Of a stretch of 42,025 nt of DNA, positions 36,756 through 42,025 are shown piece after piece (positions within the stretch are counted from its first letter, which is position 1; every line of letters starts with the position of its first letter). Source of the DNA: Thermoanaerobaculia bacterium (GTDB lineage: Bacteria > Acidobacteriota > Thermoanaerobaculia > Multivoradales > UBA5704). The stretch lies in assembly GCA_046714475.1 (NCBI GenBank), contig JBKKAU010000146.1:1-42025 (forward strand), given 5' to 3'. The position numbers and the translations under genes were made by a program. Below the pieces are notes generated by a model. That model saw only the letters and a list, made by a program, of their open reading frames with translations. It was not told where the DNA came from and ran no database searches.

Positions 36756-37118
36756 TCAAGACCACTGATCCAATTCCGGCAGGCCAGGGATGAGCTGTGT
36801 GAGCTGGTCGATGAGCTTGGGGATGTCCTGCGCCGCCAGCCGCCAAATCCTCTCATCGGCCACCTCATCGTAGGCATGGACCAGGACATTGCGCTGGTCG
36901 ACGATAGGGCGCCAGGGGATTTCCGGATGGACTTCCTTGAATGCGCTCGAAACCCGACGGGCTGCTTCGCCGATGATCTCGACCCTGCGCTCGATAGCGA
37001 GTCGTAAGTCTTCGTCGGCCTGGTACTGCTCAAAGCTGACGCCTTGGAGGGATCTCACGACACCTCGCGCCGCGTTCAGCATGTCCCACAGATAGACCGG
37101 ATCGCGCTCAGGCGGCAT
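36756..37118 (-). CDS. hepT: HEPN (DUF86) ribonuclease toxin
   Basis: YLWDML.A, EIIGEAA, HPEIPW and RNVLVHAY (RxxxxH). Confidence 0.92.
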   Translation of the reverse strand: MPPERDPVYLWDMLNAARGVVRSLQGVSFEQYQADEDLRLAIERRVEIIGEAARRVSSAFKEVHPEIPWRPIVDQRNVLVHAYDEVADERIWRLAAQDIPKLIDQLTQLIPGLPELDQWS

Positions 37119-37401
37119 AGATTACGCGGCTGCCGGAGAGGATGGCCTGCCGGCGGAAGGGATTACGCAGGCCTTTCTTCTCTACCAGGTCCACGGAGCG
37201 GCCGAAAATCTCCTCGAGCTCCGCGCGCATCGTGGAAAGGTCCCACAGCGTCCAAGGGGCGTCCGGCTCGAACGTGACGAGGACGTCGACATCGCTGTCA
37301 GGGCGAAAATCCTCCCGTAACGCAGAGCCGAAGAGCGCGAATTCGGTGACTCTCCAGCGCCGGCAGAACCTGACAATACGATCCTGGTCGACAATCCTCA
37401 T
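37108..37401 (-). CDS. mntA: Minimal nucleotidyltransferase antitoxin
   Basis: FALFGSALREDFRPDSDVDVLV and GRSVDLV; overlaps the HEPN start. Confidence 0.92.
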   Translation of the reverse strand: MRIVDQDRIVRFCRRWRVTEFALFGSALREDFRPDSDVDVLVTFEPDAPWTLWDLSTMRAELEEIFGRSVDLVEKKGLRNPFRRQAILSGSRVIYAA

Positions 37402-37533
37402 GATGACGAGTGTACCGCGCGATAGAGGAAAACCCCCCACCTGACCTCCCCCGCTCCCTACCGCCCCTCCACCCAGGGGGGGGAGGCACCACCCCCCGGC
37501 CCTCCGGCCAAAGTGGTGCCGATAGGCAGGGGC

Positions 37534-40500
37534 CTACGCCGCCGGCCGGAGCGAATCCCGTTTCGGGATCAGCTTGCGGACCACCGCGCCCACCCGGCCT
37601 CCCGCGCGGCCGCGCAGGTCGTCGAAGAGCGAGTAGAAGACCGGCGTCGCCAGGAGGGTCAGCAGCAGCGACAGGCTCTGCCCGCCGATGACCACGACGG
37701 CGATGGCGCGCCGCTCCTCGGAGCCCGGGCCGGTGCCGAGAGCGAGCGGCAACATGCCCGCGACCAGGGCCAGGGTCGTCATCAGGATCGGCCGGAGACG
37801 GTCGCGGTTTCCCTGGAGGATCGCCGCGCCGCGCTCCATGCCCTGCTTGCGCAGGTTGTTCATGTGGTCGATCTGCAGGATGGCGTTCTTCTTGACCACG
37901 CCGAAGAGCACCAGGATGCCCAAGGCCGAGTAGAGGTTCAGCGTATTGCCCGTCGCCCAGAGCGACAACATGGCGAAAGGTACGGCGAGCGGCAGCGAGA
38001 GCAGGATGGTCAGCGGGTGGACCAGGCTCTCGAACTGCGACGCCAGGATCATGTACATGAAGATGACCGAGAGCATCAGCGCCCAGACGAACTCGCGGTA
38101 GGTGCGCTCCATCTCGCGGGCGCGGCCGGAGACCGTGGTCGAGTAGGCGGGGGGCAGGTTCATCTCGGTCACCGCGCCGCGCAGCGCTTCGATGCGGTCG
38201 GCCAACGCGTAGCCGGGGGCCACGCTCGCCCGGATGCTCACCTGCCGCTGCCGGTCGAGACGGTCGACGCGCGAGGCGGTCTTCTCTTCCTCGATCTTGA
38301 CCAGGCTGTCGAGGCGCACCAGGTTGCCCCGGTCGCTCGGCACGTACAGCCGGGTGATCGCCGCCGGATCGTTGCGCGCCCCTTCGGCGAGGCGCAGCTC
38401 GACGTCGTAGTCCTCGTTGACGGCCGGATCGCGGAAGCGGGAGACCTCCTGGTCGCCGCCCACCATGAGCCGCAGCGCGTTCGCGATGTCGGCCATGTCG
38501 ACGCCCAGGTCGGCGGCGCGGGCGCGGTCGATCGACACCCGCAGCTCCGGCTTGTCGAGCTTGAGGGTCGTGTCCGCGTCGACGATCCCCCCGAGCTTGT
38601 CCGAGCGCTCCCGCAGCTGTTCGGCGTAGGCGCCGAGCGCCTGGAGGTCCGGGCCGCGCAGCACGAAATCGATCTCGGCGTTGCCGCCGCCGATGTTGAA
38701 GGACTGGATGTTGCGCACCGACGACCGCAGGTCCGAGAGCTTCCGCAGCCGCTGCCGCGCCTCCGTCATCACGTCCCGCTGGCTGTAGTTGCCGCGGAAG
38801 GCCTCCCCGGGATCGAGGTGGACGATACCGTTGAGGAAGCGGGAGATCGAGAACTTGCGCTCCTCGTGCGGCGCGATGCGGACGAAGACGCTCCCCTGGT
38901 TGATGCCGCCCAGGAAGCCGCCGCCCGTCGAGGCGAGCAACGTCTCGACCCCGGGGATCTGCCGCAGCTCGGCCTCGACGGCGCGCATCGCCTCGTCCAT
39001 GGCCGGCAGGCTCGTCCCTTCCGGGGCGTTGACGTTGACGTCGAACTCGGACTCGTCCACGTCGCTCGGGATGTACTCGACCTTCACCATCTTGAAGAGC
39101 GGGATCGACGACAGCATGACCCCGAGACAGAGCAGGGCGGCGATCGTGCGGTGCGCCAGGGTGGCGCGGAGCAGCCGCTCATAGACCCGGTCGATCCGGG
39201 CATAGAAGCCGGTCCGGGACTTCGCCGAGTCATCGCCATGTCCGCCATGGCCCGCGGCGTCTTCGGCGCGCAGCAGGCGGGCGCTCATCATCGGCGTCAG
39301 GGTGAAGGAGACCAGCAGCGAGACCAGCACCGCCGCCGCCGCGGTGATGCCGAACTGGTAGAGGAACCGTCCCGAGATGCTCGACATGAAAGAGACCGGG
39401 ACGAAGATCACCACCAGCGACAGGGTGGTGGCGAGGACCGCCATGCCGATCTCCGCCGTCGCCGCCCGCGCCGCCTCGAACGGCTTCATCTTCTTCTCCT
39501 CGACGAAGCGGAAGATGTTTTCGAGCACGACGATGGCATCGTCGATGACCACGCCGACCATCAGCACCAGAGCGAGCATGGTGACGCTGTTGAGCGTGAA
39601 GTCGAGCGCCGCCATGACGCCGAAGGTGGCGATGACCGAGCACGGGATCGCCACCGCGGCGATCAGCGTCGTGCGCCAGCTCCGCATGAAGGCGAACACC
39701 ACCAGCGAGGCCAGGATGCTGCCGAGGATCAGGTGGAGGTTGATCTCGTGGAGCGCGGCGTAGATGTAGCGCGACTGGTCGCGGATCACCTGCAGCTCGA
39801 GGTCGGCGGGGAGCTGCGCCTCCACCTGGGCGAGCTTCTCCTTGGCCCCCTCGACGACCGCGACGGTGTTGGCGCCCGACTGCCGCCGGACCTCCAGCGT
39901 CACCGTCGGCACGCCGTTGAGGCGCGAGGTCGAGCGCTGCTCCTTGGTGCCGTCCTCGGCTGAGCCCAGGTCGCGGATGCGGATCGGCTGGCCGTTGACG
40001 TTCGCCACCACGAGGTCGTTGAAGTCGCGCGACTCCTCGACCCGGCCGAGGGTGCGCAGCGTCATCTCGCGCGCCGGCCCGGTGACGTTGCCACCCGGCA
40101 CGTCGGTGTTCTGGCGGGCCAGGGCGTCGTGCACCGCGGTGATCGGGATCTGGTAGGCGGCCAGGCGGTCGGGGTCGACCCAGACGTTGATCGCCCGCTC
40201 CAGGCCGCCGACGATCCGCACCTCGCCCACGCCTTCCGAGCGCTCGAGCTGGACCTTGACCACCTTGTCGGCCAGCTCGGTCAGCTCGCGCAGCGAGCGG
40301 TTGCCCGACAGCGCCACCGTCAGGACCGGCGAGGAGTCGTTGTTGAACTTGGCGATGACCGGCGGCAGCACGTTCTCGGGCAGCTGGCGGACCACCCCCG
40401 AGACGCGGTCGCGCACGTCCTGGGCGGCGGTGTCGATGTCGCGCCCGAGGTCGAACGTGGCGAAGACCATCGAGGTGCCGCCCGAGGAGACGGAGCGCAG

Positions 40501-40740
40501 CTCCTGGACGCCCTCGACCGTATTGACCGCCTCTTCGATGACCTCGGAGACCAGGGCCTCGACCTCCTCGGTGGAGGCGCCGGGGAGCTGGGTGCGGACG
40601 TTCACGGTGGGCAGGTCGACCGACGGGAAACGGTCGACGCCCAGGCCGCCGTAGCTCGCGGCGCCCACGACGACCAGGGCCAGGATGATCATGGCCGCGA
40701 ACACCGGCCGGCGGATAGAGATCTCGGCGAGCTTCTGCAT
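37534..40740 (-). CDS. RND efflux permease (AcrB/MdtB family)
   Basis: SIRRPVFA, GVVIDDAIVVLENI, GVVKKNAIL and RLRPILMTT; 1068 aa. Confidence 0.96.
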   Translation of the reverse strand: MQKLAEISIRRPVFAAMIILALVVVGAASYGGLGVDRFPSVDLPTVNVRTQLPGASTEEVEALVSEVIEEAVNTVEGVQELRSVSSGGTSMVFATFDLGRDIDTAAQDVRDRVSGVVRQLPENVLPPVIAKFNNDSSPVLTVALSGNRSLRELTELADKVVKVQLERSEGVGEVRIVGGLERAINVWVDPDRLAAYQIPITAVHDALARQNTDVPGGNVTGPAREMTLRTLGRVEESRDFNDLVVANVNGQPIRIRDLGSAEDGTKEQRSTSRLNGVPTVTLEVRRQSGANTVAVVEGAKEKLAQVEAQLPADLELQVIRDQSRYIYAALHEINLHLILGSILASLVVFAFMRSWRTTLIAAVAIPCSVIATFGVMAALDFTLNSVTMLALVLMVGVVIDDAIVVLENIFRFVEEKKMKPFEAARAATAEIGMAVLATTLSLVVIFVPVSFMSSISGRFLYQFGITAAAAVLVSLLVSFTLTPMMSARLLRAEDAAGHGGHGDDSAKSRTGFYARIDRVYERLLRATLAHRTIAALLCLGVMLSSIPLFKMVKVEYIPSDVDESEFDVNVNAPEGTSLPAMDEAMRAVEAELRQIPGVETLLASTGGGFLGGINQGSVFVRIAPHEERKFSISRFLNGIVHLDPGEAFRGNYSQRDVMTEARQRLRKLSDLRSSVRNIQSFNIGGGNAEIDFVLRGPDLQALGAYAEQLRERSDKLGGIVDADTTLKLDKPELRVSIDRARAADLGVDMADIANALRLMVGGDQEVSRFRDPAVNEDYDVELRLAEGARNDPAAITRLYVPSDRGNLVRLDSLVKIEEEKTASRVDRLDRQRQVSIRASVAPGYALADRIEALRGAVTEMNLPPAYSTTVSGRAREMERTYREFVWALMLSVIFMYMILASQFESLVHPLTILLSLPLAVPFAMLSLWATGNTLNLYSALGILVLFGVVKKNAILQIDHMNNLRKQGMERGAAILQGNRDRLRPILMTTLALVAGMLPLALGTGPGSEERRAIAVVVIGGQSLSLLLTLLATPVFYSLFDDLRGRAGGRVGAVVRKLIPKRDSLRPAA

Positions 40741-40750
40741 GATGTCCTTA

Positions 40751-40799
40751 TCTATCGGGTCTATCGGGTCTATCGGTCCATCGCGCGCGGTCTATCGGG
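40751..40799. repeat. 9-bp tandem repeat (TCTATCGGG) in the MFP-RND spacer
   Basis: Copies at 40751, 40760, 40769 (variant) and 40791, the last overlapping the MFP stop. Confidence 0.8.
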
Positions 40800-42025
40800 C
40801 GATTTGGACGGCCTGGCCGTCGGTGAGATTGCCGGGCTCGGCGACCACCTCGTCGCCGGCCGCGACCCCTTCCAGGATCTCGACCCGGTTGCCGGCGCGG
40901 CGGCCGGTGCGGACCCGGATCTCCTTGGCCTGGCCGCCCTCGACGCCGATCACCTTGTCGATACCGGCGAAGGTGACGATCGAGGAGGCCGGCACCAGCA
41001 CCGCCGGCTGCTCGGCCTCGATCACGATCTCGGCCTTGGCGAAGGAGCCGGGCTTCAGGACGCCGCTCTGGTTGGGCACTTCGGCTTCGATCATGAGCGT
41101 CCGGTTGTCCTCGGTGATGGCGGGGCTGATCCGGGCGACGCGTCCGGTATGGGGCGTCGGGTCCCCTTCGACCGTGAGGCGCACCGGCTGGCCGGTGCGG
41201 ACACCCACCGCTTCCCGTTCCGGGATGGCGAGGCGCAGGCGCAGGGGGTGGACCCGCACCAGCACGGCCACCGTATCGCCGGCCGCGACATAGTCGCCGA
41301 TGGCGGAGCGCCGCTCGCGGATCCGGCCGTCGAACGGCGCGGTGAGGGCCGCGTCGGCCACCTGCCGGCGGGCGATCTCCAGCTCCGAGCGCCGCTGCTC
41401 CAGCAGGGCCTGGCGGGTCCGGGCCTCCTCGACCGCCTCCTGGTAACGGGCGTCCGCCACGCCGAAAGCGGCTTCGGCGACGTCGAAATCGGCGCGGGGA
41501 ATCAGCTGCTGCTCGAAGAGGGAGGCCATGCGGTCGCGGTTGAGCTGCGCCTGCTTCAAGGTCGCCGCCGCCTGGCGGACCACGGCGGTCTCCGCCGGCG
41601 GCACCAGCCGGTCCGGGCCGGACGGCGGGATCCCCAGCCGCGCCCGGGCCTGCTCCAGGGCGTTCTGGGCCTGGTCGACCCGCAGCTGGAAGTCGGTGGG
41701 CACGAGCCGCGCCACGACCTGACCGCGTCCCACCGGGTTGCCAAGGTCGACATTGATGGACGCGATCCGTCCGGCGACCTTGAACCCGAGCTCGGCCTGC
41801 TCGTCGGCGCCCAAGGTCCCCGACACTTCGACGGTGCGAGGGAGCCGCCCCTCCTCGGCGCGGGTCATCCGCACTTCGCGGGGCGGGCCCTGGGGGCCTC
41901 GGCCCTGCTCTTCACCCTGGCCCCCTCCCCGGCCGCCCCGGCCGGCGGCCACGGCCTGCGGCTCCCCGCCGCTGCCGGCGAGCGGAAGGGCCGCCAGAAG
42001 CAGCCCCGCAACCCCATGAAATGTA
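40792..42025 (-). CDS. RND periplasmic adaptor (membrane fusion protein), 5' end off the window
   Basis: KVAGRIASINVDLG, LTAPFDG and LKPGSFA motifs. The frame stays open to the edge through a hydrophobic signal (GLLLAALPLAGS). Confidence 0.93.
   Translation of the reverse strand, partial: TFHGVAGLLLAALPLAGSGGEPQAVAAGRGGRGGGQGEEQGRGPQGPPREVRMTRAEEGRLPRTVEVSGTLGADEQAELGFKVAGRIASINVDLGNPVGRGQVVARLVPTDFQLRVDQAQNALEQARARLGIPPSGPDRLVPPAETAVVRQAAATLKQAQLNRDRMASLFEQQLIPRADFDVAEAAFGVADARYQEAVEEARTRQALLEQRRSELEIARRQVADAALTAPFDGRIRERRSAIGDYVAAGDTVAVLVRVHPLRLRLAIPEREAVGVRTGQPVRLTVEGDPTPHTGRVARISPAITEDNRTLMIEAEVPNQSGVLKPGSFAKAEIVIEAEQPAVLVPASSIVTFAGIDKVIGVEGGQAKEIRVRTGRRAGNRVEILEGVAAGDEVVAEPGNLTDGQAVQIAR

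Noticed and set aside
37432-37510. C/G-run palindrome as a mobile-element end
   Set aside because: No transposase, target-site duplication or clear second copy. It is most likely a degenerate intergenic repeat or terminator.
41960-42025. Lipobox Cys-to-Ser change (LAGS) in the MFP
   Set aside because: It lies at the window or contig end, where base errors are likely.

Overview
High-GC chromosomal window, most likely from an Acidobacteriota (Thermoanaerobaculia-like) genome or MAG. That taxonomy is an inference from gene content, such as an ADOP-permease relic, DUF5916, carboxypeptidase-regulatory-domain proteins and zinc-finger/TPR proteins. No rRNA, tRNA, CRISPR or transposase was seen. In order, the window holds: a truncated, probably chimeric ilvD; a 21-bp-periodic TGTGCG array; a nitronate monooxygenase-family gene; a Csp3-like copper-storage protein; a secreted hydrolase; a VOC protein; a Pmp-like beta-helix protein; a FitAB/VapBC pair; a deletion-scarred DmpA pseudogene; and RNase D. 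Next comes the best candidate for an undescribed system: a secreted peptide precursor ending in GGTIDPDG, a zinc-finger/TPR protein and a convergent XRE HTH, resembling a split RRNPP signalling module. A stand-alone copy of the same zinc-finger domain lies at 36.4 kb. Downstream are a DUF5916 protein, a Nudix hydrolase, an OmpR-type two-component system and a PDZ protein. These are followed by an actinobacterial-like FHA/PP2C/Ser-Thr kinase/RodA-PBP cluster with a SEDS-bPBP fusion and an unannotated 32-aa FhaB-like membrane microprotein. The rest holds further toxin-antitoxin modules, tandem carboxypeptidase-regulatory-domain genes (one frameshifted), a PilZ protein and an RND efflux pair. Many genes look leaderless. 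All calls come from reading motifs by eye; no database searches were run.
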